Assembly (NCBI GenBank): GCA_032718475.1
Contig: JAUCBJ010000321.1
Span: 1-64,000 of the forward strand
Origin: Nemertoderma westbladi
Taxonomy: Eukaryota > Animalia > Xenacoelomorpha
DNA: 64,000 nucleotides
Reading direction: 5' to 3'
The notes beneath the pieces were generated by a model, which had not been told where the DNA came from, made no database searches, and saw only the letters and a program-made list of their open reading frames with translations. The translations under genes and the position numbers were made by a program. Shown one piece after another: positions 11,842-23,834 of this stretch (positions are counted from its first letter, which is position 1; every line of letters starts with the position of its first letter).

Positions 11842-13035
11842 TGTAAAAGCTTTTGTGGATATAATCAGTCCCCTTGCCCGCAAAGTACCGTGTGGGTGTT
11901 TTAACTGACATAAAAGTTGTTCTTCTATATGTGTGCTTTGGAGGACATGGCAAGACACAAAACCCGCAATGCGTCAAATCCTCTAGCACAGTGTAGCCTT
12001 GATGATTCAGATTACGACATCTAACAGCTGGTTGCTGGTATGGAAACGGCCATTGGACATATGGTTATTTGTTCAGCTTAACAGCCAATCAGAGCGATTT
12101 TTACTTTAGATGTGGAGATATTCTACAGATCGTACTAGGCGTGTTCAGTCTTAGAGTGTTACAGTTGTGTTGTTTCTATCTAGGCCAAGAACACCGGCTC
12201 TGGAGTCAATTGGTTTCAGACTTTAGAAGAAACATTAGTAGGCTTAGATTATAGAACGTATAACTGTTATCAACCCAATCAGTTCAGTCTTACATTATCG
12301 GTTCAGTGCACGGTGCAAGTCACTGCAACATACATTATTATACTGCTATTTACTGTTGTCATTATTTGTATCAGTTGGTTGAATATTATTACTTGGAGAA
12401 CATCAATAAATAACCCAAATTTCCCAATTTTCTTGATACACTACAGGTTAGAGAGACAGGTTACATATAGCGATTGCGACTTATATTATCGTGGTTTGTA
12501 GTGAATTTAATGCTATTTGATAGGCACTACATGAGTCAATTGCTGTTCTCTTTATGTATGATAAAATTCATTGACGGTCGGCAGATTAGTGTGCAGTATT
12601 GTGCGGTACCGGTAGTGTGCATGATTGTGGCTGATAACTAAGCATTTCCTAAAGAATGCGCCTCATACGTGAATCATAAGCCTTACCTTCTTACCGTTGT
12701 GTTTAGTATAAGTCATATCTCTGTTTACCTAGATAGAGCGCCACGTCCTAAAGGAACTGTTAATATTTCCCGAAAGTGAATAATATTCGTCAGAAATTAT
12801 TTATTAACGATCAATCGAATAATACAGTAAGCTTACACTGCAATAAAATCTAAGCCCTCCGAATCCAGTCTCCCGGGTATATCCAGCGGGTGAATGGACG
12901 CGCACTAGGCTGGCTTCGGCTAATGTTGTGTTTATTGGTATTAAATACTTGTCATATGTTAAAGTATATTTATAAACCAAAAGACATATAAATTTTGGCA
13001 GGTTAAACTGCTAAAGGTCTTCAAAAGCGCGTACA
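11842..13035 (+). repeat. 3' LTR of element B (~1.19 kb)
   Basis: TGTAAAAGCTTTT...GCGCGTACA; CCAAT box near 12085, TCAGTC initiator-like motifs, AATAAA near 12405 and 12842; diverged homologue of 7328-8469. Confidence 0.85.
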
Positions 13036-13366
13036 ATATATATCGCCACACTCATTGCACTAATAAATTCATAAATAGTAGACTTATACAGTATGTACTG
13101 TACTTTTGTAGTCCTAAATAAATTTCGGGACGGGACGGACGTCCCTAAATTAATTTCTGGACGTCCATAAAGTACCGGTAATTTCGGGACGTCCATAAAT
13201 TATTCAAGAATAAAAAATAGAGATATAATTAAGGCAGAATTCTGCCACAGTAAGTTACATCATTATTACTGTATAATTTAATTTAGTGAGTTATTTACTA
13301 CTGCTGTACTGTACGTAATGTAACTTAATTGTGTACTATACAGTACAATATACTGTATTGTATATG

Positions 13367-13401
13367 CTACTACTACTACTACTAGGTCGAGCGAACTCGG
13401 A
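13367..13401 (-). mobile_element. 3' tail remnant of an RTE-like LINE or its SINE
   Basis: Reverse complement ccgagttcgctcgacctagtagtagtag matches the 3' end at 50954-50983. Confidence 0.7.
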
Positions 13402-13681
13402 TTGTATATGCAACATTTGTAAATTATAGGAATCATAAAGGACCCCAACTGAAATAAGCCTTATAGGCTTCTCTGACTCTGATACAGTACATATATAGCA
13501 AACACTGTATTTCATGAATTTTGAAACAGTACTGTAGTGTACATATAATTTCAATATGAAACTGTATTTCAATGCCATTTCTAATCGATTCTGGAGACAT
13601 AATTTACGATTCTCGAATAGATCATAATTACATATATAAATTATCAATATTTTAGCTAAATATTTTACCTTTTCGTTTTAG

Positions 13682-13861
13682 GGGCAGACATTGCAATTGG
13701 AGATGGCATATACTCCGCCTACCTTGTGGGTGCCAATAAAGATGGACAGTACAGTATAAGAATCCGCGCAAACGACCCTTTTCAGTCAGCCACAATACCA
13801 GTTGCTAAGCAACAAGGAGGAAGAGTAGGAAGGACGGGAGCAATACCCATACCCAATAAAG
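13682..13861 (+). CDS. CLCA: CLCA-family (calcium-activated chloride channel regulator) internal exon
   Basis: ttttag|GG GCA GAC...; GADIAIGDGIYSAY...DGQYSIRI matches the CLCA GAD..DGIYS.Y motif; ends AAA G|gt. Confidence 0.85.
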
Positions 13862-13954
13862 GTTTTATTTAATAATAAATTTAATTTAATTTTGGGATAA
13901 AATTAATTTCAAGTTAATTTACAACCTACTATATAATCAGTGGTTTTCAGTGGA

Positions 13955-15492
13955 GGCCTACTGTTGGTCTATGTATTGTAGGTCTATATACTGTAGGTCT
14001 AGTGTATGTATGTATGTCTATGTACTGTTATGTAGGTCTACAGTCTGTACTGTAAGTCTATTTACTGTTAAGCCTATGTACTGTAGGTAGAGTTGTAGGA
14101 CTATGTACTGTAGATCTACTGTATGTATGTATGTATGTCTATGTACTGTTAATGTAGGTCTACAGTATGTACTGTACGTACAGTTGTAGGTCTGTACTGT
14201 AAGTCTATTTACTGTTAAGCCTATGTACTGTTGTAGGTCTATGTACTGTAGGTAGAGCTGTAGGTCTATATACTGTAGGTCTAGTGTATGTATGTATGTC
14301 TATGTACTGTTATGTAGGTCTACAGTATGTACTGTACGTACAGTTGTAGGTCTGTACTGTAAGTCTATTTACTGTTAAGCCTATGTACTGTAGGTAGAGT
14401 TGTAGGTCTATGTACTGTAGGTAGAGCTGTAGGTCTATATACTGTAGGTCTACTGTATGTATGTATGTCTATGTACTGTTATGTAGGTCTACAGTATGTA
14501 CTGTACGTACAGTTGTAAGTCTATGTACTGGTAGGTCTATGTTGTAGGTCTATGTATGTACTGTAGGTATATGTACTGTAGGTACAGTTGTAAGTCTACA
14601 GTATTTACTGCTGTATATGGCTGATATATTTACTGTGTTTGGTGGTGGTGCAGTTTAACTGTTTGTTGTTTAAGTTTTTAAATTTCCCGCGTTTCTGTAA
14701 TTACTGTTTTAATTGTTTGTTATAGTGCCTATAATTGTGCTTGTATTTCTGAAGGTTTTTTATTATTTTGTGAATAAATGAGGCTTGTAAAGTTAAAAAA
14801 AAAATTAACTGCTGTAAATCGACTGTTATGTAGCTCTACAGTATGTACTAGAAGTCTATGTACTGTAGGTCTACTGTATGTACTGCAGGTCTACTGTATG
14901 TACTGCAAGTCTACTGTATGTAGTGCAGGTCTACTGTATGTACTTGTAGGTCTATGTACTGTTATGTAGGTCTTATGAACTGTAAGTCTATGTAATGTAA
15001 GTCTATGAACTAAGTCTATGTACTGCAGGTCTATGTACTGTAAGGTCGTACTGTAAGGTCTTTGTACTGTTATGTACAGTAGTAGGTCTACAGTATGTAC
15101 TGGTCTATGTACTGTAGGTTATATACTGTAGGTCTACAGTTGGTATGTACTGTAGGCTTATGTACTGTAGGTATATGTACACTACTGTGTAGGTCTATGT
15201 ACAGTACTGCGGTCTATGTACAGTACTGTGTAGGTCTATGTCCAGTACTACGGTCTATGTACAGTACTGTGTAGGTCTATGTACAGTACTACGGTCTATG
15301 TAAAGTACTGTGTAGGTCTATATACTGTAGGTTTATATATTGTGGGTCTACAGTTTGTATGTACTGTAGGCTTATGTACTGTAGTGTAGGTCTATGTACA
15401 GTACTGTAGGTCTATGTACAGTAACCTACTGTAGGTCTATATACTGTAGGTCTACATACAGTACTGTGTATGTCTATGTGTTGCAGGTCTAT
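13955..15492 (+). repeat. Degenerate ~15-bp minisatellite (gtctatgtactgtag)n in two blocks
   Basis: Repeated tgtaggtctatgtac at ~13955-14600 and ~14820-15490. Confidence 0.85.
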
Positions 15493-15751
15493 GCAGGTCT
15501 GCTGTCTCGGACTAGCTGTTCGAGAACTCGAGACGGGGGGGGGGGGGGGGGCTGGACGCAAATCCTATCTCCCATCTCGGCGAAGAAATATTTCGTCTCA
15601 ATGTTAAATGACCAATTTATGGAGAGAAGCAGGTTACAGCGGAACTTTATTCTAACTAAAAATATAAACAAAAGTCAACGAAATCAGCTGTTACCCCCCC
15701 CCCCCCCCCCCCCTCCCACTATCTGTAAAATTTGCCCTCTTCTGTTTCCAG

Positions 15752-15970
15752 ATGCATCTGACATTGAGTTTGACTTGGAATCAGTTGGAGGTTTCTCGAG
15801 AGAAGCTACTCTAGAAGCATTCCAGATCTCTGGGTTGCCTAGCGATCCCAACGCAGACCTATATCCTCCTTCTAGGGTCACTGACCTCAGTGTTACAGCG
15901 GTACATTCGGCGAATAGTTCATTCGAGTTGAGTTGGACCGCTCCCGGAGACGATATGGATTCGGGAACCG
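15752..15970 (+). CDS. CLCA: CLCA exon (start of FN3-like domain)
   Basis: ttccag|AT GCA...; DLYPPSRVTDL...LSWTAPGDDMDSGT hallmark; phase matches the previous exon; ends ACC G|gttag. Confidence 0.92.
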
Positions 15971-16956
15971 GTTAGATCCCTTTTAGAAGTACAGTAATCC
16001 TCGTAATGGTATGTTATGTCGTACGGTAAGATAGGCCTAGGCCCACACAACGTGATAATTTATCGCAATTCGTACTTTAGTTAGTTCTATAATTCCTATA
16101 TTGTCGAGGCGTTTATGGGAGGCTAACCTGAAAATGCCTCGCAAGCCGTTATGTAGTTCTTATGAGTGTTATCAAAGCCCCGGGATACCTGCCGCATAGC
16201 AGGAACACTCACGAAAGTGTGGGGGTATATATATATTATAAGTGACATAATATATATATATGATAATATATTACAAATTGCAAATGACTAGGTAAAATAT
16301 CGCAGGCCACTGTAACTAATGTGGCTCGCTGGGCTATAAAATCGATGTAAATAACCTGAGATGTTATCAAGGTTAAGCCTATCGTGTCGAGATGGACACC
16401 GATTATATACGGATACACAATGCTCAGTAAAAACCGAACAGCCAATAAGACGCAGGAATACCGGCTTCGGTAGTTACCAATGAGAGTCCAGTAATACCAC
16501 AACTGTTGTTAGGCAACAATATAAACAACTTTATGGGCTATTCAATACGTACGAAGCACAAATATTATATGCACTGAAACCGAATAATAATCTGATAAAA
16601 ATATAAGATTTCTGTATACAGTTAGCATTGGCAGCAAAATATATTAATTTATGTTTATACAGAAAATTGGTTCGTTAATTCGTCATTCATTTTAATGTAA
16701 TAGTCGCAATTGAATTAGACCTACTCACTTTTTCACTCACTTTTTCAACCAATAAACAACTAACAGTAGGCCTACTGAAACTGAATATAACGCACTATGC
16801 TGTATATGGATATGGATATGGATAGGCTTACATGCTGTACTGTAATGTACAGTACATACTTTATAAAAATAATAATTGACCAGCTTTAACACTTATTCAC
16901 CCAAATTAATCAATTAACTTGAGGTAATTAGCAGACAGGGTTAGAGATTTTTACGG

Positions 16957-17567
16957 TGTAACGAGTTAGCTTCCTAACGAGGTAACGAGTTAGCTTCCTA
17001 ACGAGGTAACGAGTTAGCTTCCTAACGAGGTAACGAGTTAGCTTCCTAACGAGGTAACGAGTTAGCTTCCTGAGGTAACGAGTTAGCTTCCTAACGAGGT
17101 AACGAGTTAGCTTCATAACGAGTTAGCTTCCTAACGAGGTAGCTTCCTAACGAGGCAACGAGTTAGCTTCCTAACGAGGTAACGAGTTAGCTTCCTAACG
17201 AGGTAACGAATTAGCTTCCTAACGAGGTAACGAGTTAGCTTCCTAACGAGGTAACGAGTTAGCTTCCTAACGAGGTAACGAGTTAGTTTCCTGAGGTAAC
17301 GAGTTAGCTTCCTAACGAGGTAACGAGTTAGCTTCCTAACGAGTTAGCTTCCTAACGAGGTAGCTTCCTAACGAGGCAACGAGTTAGCTTCCTAACGAGG
17401 TAACGAGTTAGCTTCCTAACGAGGTAACAAATTAGCTTCCTAACGAGGTAACGAGTTAGCTTCCTAACGAGGTAATGAGTTAGTTTCCTAACAAGGTAAT
17501 GAGTTAGCTTCCTAACGAGGTAACGAGTTAGCTTCCTAACGAGGTAATGAGTTAGCTTCCTAACGAG
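16957..17567 (+). repeat. 24-bp minisatellite (gtaacgagttagcttcctaacgag)n, ~25 copies
   Basis: Direct reading. Confidence 0.95.
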
Positions 17568-17832
17568 ATTCGTTTGAGATAAGTGTTGGACGTAATGACA
17601 TACTTACATACTGTACATAGTAAGCCTATAATAATAATATTAGTAAAAGTAATAATAATACTGTATATTAACAGTACATATGTTAACTACATCTGCGCTG
17701 TACTGTATGTGCTTTCTTCGAAACTATTTCTATATTATTTCTGTCTTCTGCTTTATTACCCTGACTACTTTTACATTACTACTGTAACTTACTTTACTTA
17801 ATTACTGAGAAAGAACTGTTTGATACAAAACA

Positions 17833-18009
17833 ATTCTATAGGCCCATAGGCCCAATTCATTTTATAAAATTAATAAATTGTTATATTATTATTTTCAATA
17901 AATACTTGTATTTATTGAAAATAATAATATAATTATTTTAGTTAGACAATTCTATCTAATCTAACAATTTTTTATAATAATTTTATAAAATGAATTTGGC
18001 CTATAGAAT
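17833..18009. repeat. AT-rich nested palindrome / tiny MITE
   Basis: ttctataggcc..aattcattttataaaatta is inverted at 17977-18008; internal hairpin attattttcaataaatac/gtatttattgaaaataat. Confidence 0.6.
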
Positions 18010-18049
18010 CGGTTCTTACTTAAAATAATAATTTATTATTATTTTTTAG

Positions 18050-18169
18050 CGAGTCAGTATGTCATCCGATATTCTAGCAACTTTACGGCCGTCCGCAATG
18101 ATTTCAACAGCCAAACGCTCGTTGGAGAAACCGATGTTGTATTTGGAAATCTGATGAAACCATCTTTAG
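18050..18169 (+). CDS. CLCA: CLCA exon
   Basis: ttttag|CG AGT CAG TAT; ASQYVIRYSSNFTAVRNDFN...KPSL; ends TTA G|gtaaat; phase consistent. Confidence 0.88.
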
Positions 18170-18504
18170 GTAAATACATACTTAAATTCTCCCGTGTCTG
18201 TCCTAAATGCATAATATATTAGTTGGCCTACAATATAGACCATATTTTTTGGTAATATATCCCGAGTTATGATCTCGGAATGGCGTTTTTGGGTTGTTTG
18301 TTTGCATAGCTCCATTGTGTCTTCTGATACAGTGATAGTCGAAAACAGGAAAACATATAATATTATATTATCGTGGAGTCACATTTTATGGTAACGCTTG
18401 AGACCAACAATATTATTGATAATATTTTATCCCCCAAAAAGTTTTAAAGCCAAAATTGGCTGTCATCGTGATTGTTGCCATGGTAACGGACAACTATCGT
18501 TATA

Positions 18505-20315
18505 CTGGGTGGTTTGAATAAAAATTAAGCAATTGCTGAGACCTTTTGCTATGCCAATCAGCATTTTGCTAAAATTGATTTGAATAAAGTTTTCTTAATA
18601 GTAAAAGCTTTTGCTACCAAATATTTAAAAACTAAGCAATTATTGCTGTTATCTATTATTTGTTATTAAAACTTAAAGTTACACATACTATGTCTGATTA
18701 GCATCAAAAGGAACAAGGCAACTATTACAATTGCTTAACTATCGTTCAATAGGGGAGTTAAAAATTTACAAGTATTTGAAAATAAATTTATTTTTTACTG
18801 AAATAGCATTGTTGTGGAACCCAGCTGTGATTGTTTAGATTGTTGTGGAACCCAGCTGTGATTGTTTAGATTGTTGTGGAACCCAGCTGTGATTGTTTAG
18901 ATTGTTGTGGAACCCAGCTGTGATTGTTTAGATTGTTGTGGAACCCAGCTGTGATTGTTTAGATTGTTGTGGAACCCAGCTGTGATTGTTTAGATTGTTG
19001 TGGAACCCAGCTGTGATTGTTAGATTGTTGTGGAACCCAGCTGTGATTGTTTAGATTGTTGTGGAACCCAGCTGTGATTGTTTAGATTGTTGTGGAACCC
19101 AGCTGTGATTGTTTAGATTGTTGTGGAACTCAGCTGTGATTGTTTAGATTGTTGTGGAACCCAGCTGTGATTGTTTAGATTGTTGTGGAACCCAGCTGTG
19201 ATTGTTTAGATTGTTGTGGAACCCAGCTATGATTGTTTAGATTGTTGTGGAACCCAGCTGTGATTGTTTAGATTGTTGTGGAACCCAGCTGTGATTGTTT
19301 AGATTGTTGTGGAACCCAGCTGTGATTGTTTAGATTGTTGTGGAACTCAGCTGTGATTGTTTAGATTGTTGTGGAACCCAGCTGTGATTGTTTAGATTGT
19401 TGTGGAACCCAGCTGTGATTGTTTAGATTGTTGTGGAACCCAGCTGTGATTGTTTAGATTGTTGTGGAACCCAGCTGTGATTGTTTAGATTGTTGTGGAA
19501 CCCAGCTGTGATTGTTTAGATTGTTGTGGAACCCAGCTGTGATTGTTTAGATTGTTGTGGAACTCAGCTGTGATTGTTTAGATTGTTGTGGAACCCAGCT
19601 GTGATTGTTTAGATTGTTGTGGAACCCAGCTGTCATTGTTTAGATTGTTGTGGAACCCAGCTGTGATTGTTTAGATTGTTGTGGAACCCAGCTGTGATTG
19701 TTTAGATTGTTGTGGAACTCAGCTGTGATTGTTTAGATTGTTGTGGAACCCAGCTGTGATTGTTTAGATTGTTGTGGAACCCAGATGTGATTGTTTAGAT
19801 TGTTGAAGTAGTTCCAGAACGTGTTATTAGTTCACAAAAATATTGAGGGTTATAGGATGACAATTTTATTTAAATGATTACAATATTGTACTTAATAGCT
19901 TGTAAATCGGACATTTCTTAATGTATTTGAAAGATTATTTCACATTCGAATACCTTGTATAATTCTCCGTCCGTGCAATAGCTAATATATTTATAGTGCC
20001 ACCAAAAAAACAGAAAAATGCTGCTTGTATCAAAGTGAGCTTAGCTTATCCGTGAAATTAGCCTACTTTTGAGTATGCTGAAAAATCTTCAGCAATCATT
20101 GCAGATATTCCTGCATTGTATAATTTTTATTCAACACACATTAGCACAAGCAAATGCTGATTTAGCATTTGCTAAATTGATTTTAGCAATTGCTATGACT
20201 GTTTAGCAAGTGCTAGAACTACTAGCAGCTGCAAAACTTTATTCAAGTTATCTTCAGCAAATGCTGACAAAATCTTAAGTAAAAGCTACTGCTAATTTAT
20301 ATTCAAACCACCCAA
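18505..20315. mobile_element. Non-autonomous TIR DNA transposon containing a satellite
   Basis: TIRs tgggtggtttgaata (18506) / tattcaaaccaccca (20300-20314), TA on both flanks. Confidence 0.7.
18808..19804. repeat. 31-bp minisatellite (attgttgtggaacccagctgtgattgtttag)n, ~32 copies
   Basis: Direct reading. Confidence 0.97.
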
Positions 20316-21211
20316 TATTATAATTATAATTGATAACTTCATACTTTTCGTTCAAACAATAATTGTAACTCCTCACATACTATTGGCGTATGTTATTGTT
20401 CTTATTATTATTATTAAGAATTTACATAGTGATAATACTCGACATATGTATTGTACAGTTCGTATAGCGAGAAATTAAACTATATTGCATCACCATGAAG
20501 GGGTTGCCCCCCGATAAAAATAGAATTAGTAGACAATCTAAATACATATTAAATGCGCTGGGTAAGTAATTAAATGCAGCTGGGTAAGTAATTAAAATGT
20601 GTGGCACTGTCGCGTTATGTACTGTAGCTAAAACCTTCCGACATTTCAAGTCGACAAAATATTCATGGAACGAAATAAATAACTTCGCTACGATTTTCTT
20701 TAACACAATTTAATGTAAAATTGACAAAGACGATATAATGAATTAAAACTGCTGCCACTATTTAACGGTTGCGAGTTATATTTATAATAAATAGCACTAA
20801 ATTACAGCACTATATAATAAATAGCAACAAATATAATTCGTAATTATTGGTTACTCAAGTTTCTATTTCAATTTAACGGTTATTTTTTAACGGTCCGTTA
20901 TTTTATCCTACTATTTTTTTCCCCTTAGTTAGCTAAGGTACGTTTCTGTAGAACCGTACACGCCTTCCATATACAAATACAACTTTTTTTTGCACACTAG
21001 CCACACCCATTATTTTGTAAATTGTTTTTTTTGTATTGTTATTTCAATCTTCACCAGCCTTATTATTGTATTTTGTATTTAGTACTGTCTTTCACTAAGT
21101 TTCAGGTATTTGTTTTTGCTTTGATAATGACTATTGTTAAATAAATCGAAACGTCAGCTGTTTTTTAGTATCTTGATTTCTCAAATCATGAAGTTTAAGT
21201 TATTTAAAAGG

Positions 21212-21875
21212 TGAAAGCAATGTCCTGCAAAGTGGAGGCGGCATTGTTCTAGTGTCAAGCTTGGGGGAACCAATGAGACACCTCCAATGTTATATAGTGT
21301 CTGGTTGAAGATGTGTGCATTGTACTTGACACAATGAACCCGCCGTAGCATTCTTGTGAATCCAGAGATTTGGTGTCCTCAGCAGTTAGAGCCCAGCATG
21401 GACTCCCATAGAGGAGTACTGAAATTACTGCTGCTCTAAATAATCGGACCTTAAGTTTCCGATGAATTCTGTGTGACTACCAAATCCTGGAAAGCCCGTT
21501 CAAAGTTCTTTCCCTTACGTATTCGAAGGTGGTGACATGACTTCCGGATCCATGATTGTCTTATTGTGCAGTGCACGTATCGTGCGAAATGCATTTTATG
21601 GATAACTAAACTTTATGGTAAAGGATAACTTAAAGGGCTCTGGCCTTGAAGATGCGGATGATCTAGCAAATGTCATGGGTGATAGGGAGTTGTGGCGGCA
21701 CAATTTTGTCGGCAAGCCGGCACAGCATTCTTAATATATATGTAATATATATATAATGCAGCATGCCGATCGTAGTAGTAGTATTAGTGAAACTTGAACG
21801 AAACTGCCTCCGCTCTGTAGGACATTGCATTCGCCGTGAGGACCAGCCAGTACATAACCTTGTGCTTTGGCGGCC
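21212..21875. mobile_element. Rearranged RTE-like LINE fragments (inverted piece 21212-21555, then sense 3' end with (TAG)n tail)
   Basis: Matches 37800-38160 in reverse and 31738-31877 forward. Confidence 0.85.
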
Positions 21876-22116
21876 TCATTTGTGTTCCCTAAACATATAC
21901 AGTAGAGTATTTTTATAGACTTTTTGGGCAATAACAAGATAATATACAGTAGAACATAAAAAATTTAGTTTTGTTTGATTGCCAATTTCTTTTGGATTGA
22001 TCCCCTTTTTTGGCTAGATTGACTGGAATATAATATTTAATCCTAATGTATTATTACATTACTTATTACATAACTTATTACATTACTTATTTAAAATTAT
22101 GTTGATTATGTTACAG

Positions 22117-22391
22117 CCGGTCAAAAGGAGACTTACATTATTCACTTGCCGGGCGTTGAAGGAGACCGAGTATACGCTCTATCATTGGTCGCCGTTGACG
22201 AATCCAAACAGTCTGGAGAGTTGAGCAACGTTGTCTCGGTTCCTTTCGTGGGAGTGGCAGCCGGTCCCAATGTGGGTCTAATCGTCGGTCTGTTGGTTTT
22301 ATGTCTGGTAGTAGGAGCTGCTGTCGGAGTTGGAGTTTGGTACTTCCATAAACGGAGAAGCACAATGGATAAATTGCATTTAGTTAAATAG
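22117..22391 (+). CDS. CLCA: CLCA terminal exon with C-terminal transmembrane helix
   Basis: ttacag|CC GGT CAA AAG GAG; AGQKETY...YALSLVAVDESKQSGELSNVVSV; hydrophobic GLIVGLLVLCLVVGAAVGVGVWYF then HKRR; TAG. Confidence 0.9.
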
Positions 22392-22591
22392 AATTAATAT
22401 TAAGTGAAACTGATTAGTTCTAAAGTACTGTAATTCGACATAACGATCACGTACATGGAGGGGCTTGGGGGAGTGCGACTTAAAAAATTTAGTCAGAATT
22501 TCCAAGAAAGTGGTTCATAATGGATGGCTCCTTATTCGTAGAAATCCTTTCGATATTATATTATACTATTATATTATTAGGGTAATTTGTA

Positions 22592-23082
22592 CGGTGGCTG
22601 ATTGCGGCCAATTATTTCCATTTTTTAAATTCTTTTTCACCCGGTTGAAAAACATTTATCACCCGGGTGAAAAACATCAGAACTCTGAACAAATGTAGTT
22701 AGTTTCCTTATAAATAATATTGAAAGCTCATTTTGATCCAGATTCACTCTTGGCGAATTAATATCTCGACCAATCTTATTAATCAATTAAGGGAAAGGGT
22801 CACGTTACAGTGGTATGTTATTCTAACCAAAACAATAAACGAAAGTCAATAATTAAACATTTAAATATTTTTCACCCGGGTGATAAATGTTTTTCACCCG
22901 GGTGATAAATGTTTTTCACCCGGGTGATAAATGTTTTTCACCCGGGTGATAAATGTTTTTCACCCCGGTGATAAATGTTTTTCACCCCGGTGATAAATGT
23001 TTTTCACCCGGGTGATAAATGTTTTTCACCCGGGTGAAAAATAATTTAAAAAATGGAAATAATTGGCCGCAATCAGCCACCA
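22592..23082. mobile_element. MITE with TA target duplication and 22-bp subterminal repeats
   Basis: TA|cggtggctgattgcggccaattatttcca ... tggaaataattggccgcaatcagccacca|TA; palindromic unit ttcacccgggtgataaatgttt ~8x at 22870-23040. Confidence 0.88.
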
Positions 23083-23834
23083 TAAATTTGTGCTACAAAT
23101 TTATTTTAATTTCGTAATTATTCATATATTTAATTAAAATTATATATATGTATTGAATATATGCGACAGTACAATAAAGAAATGAGCAGTGTATGTATAT
23201 GTCCCTTTAACCCGCCATGACAGTGGCCCAGAATACTCTATGGTGGTAATAAATTTTTATATGGACCAAACAGTAATTGACGCTGGTTTAATATTACTAC
23301 ATATAAATACAGTATAAGCTATTTACATTCGTTTATTGCTTTGCTGTTAATTGGAGATGGGGATTTGAACCTCATCGGATTAATGATTAATTCCCATCGT
23401 CGAAGTGGGATAAGACTGCCTGAAGAATTAAAACAAACAAACTTCAAGCACGGCCTACTTAAATAGAAGTAGATAAATAGTAGATAAATAGATAGATGTA
23501 GATAAATATTTAAGTAGGCCATGCTTCAAGACTTCTATATTTTTTACTTTCAAAACAAAACATCCAAAACATTTCAATGCTGAAGTACTGTTCAAGTCCC
23601 TATGGCTGTACTGTTGATAAAGAGGGGCAGAGGCCAGACAGAGGGGATCAGGGTTGACTAAGTCCCGTGATGACTGGATTGATGGGGGACTTGGCACTGT
23701 TATAAACTTATAAATCAGAACGACGTTTGCTGTTAATAGAGTAAAACCTGTTGCCTGTTGTCTGACAACAGACAGACAGGTCTGCAGGTTGAGATCAGAG
23801 ATTGCCATTACATCCTGATTGACGACCCTGCATC

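Larger units (their letters stand above)
8470..13035 (+). mobile_element. 3' part of related BEL/Pao element B (extra ORF, polypurine tract, 3' LTR), interrupted by element A
   Basis: Reading frame is open right from the A junction (8470 caa tta atc ggt...); ORF is followed by ttctgggagcgg then TGTAAAAGC LTR. Confidence 0.78.

Noticed and set aside
7328-13035. Single DNA transposon or DIRS-like element with long TIRs
   Set aside because: No target duplication, no transposase or tyrosine recombinase; the polypurine tract and the ORF cut at 8470 fit nested LTR elements better
15394-15751. N-terminal part of the 193-aa ORF
   Set aside because: Intronic repeat and poly-G/C sequence; coding starts at the 15752 acceptor
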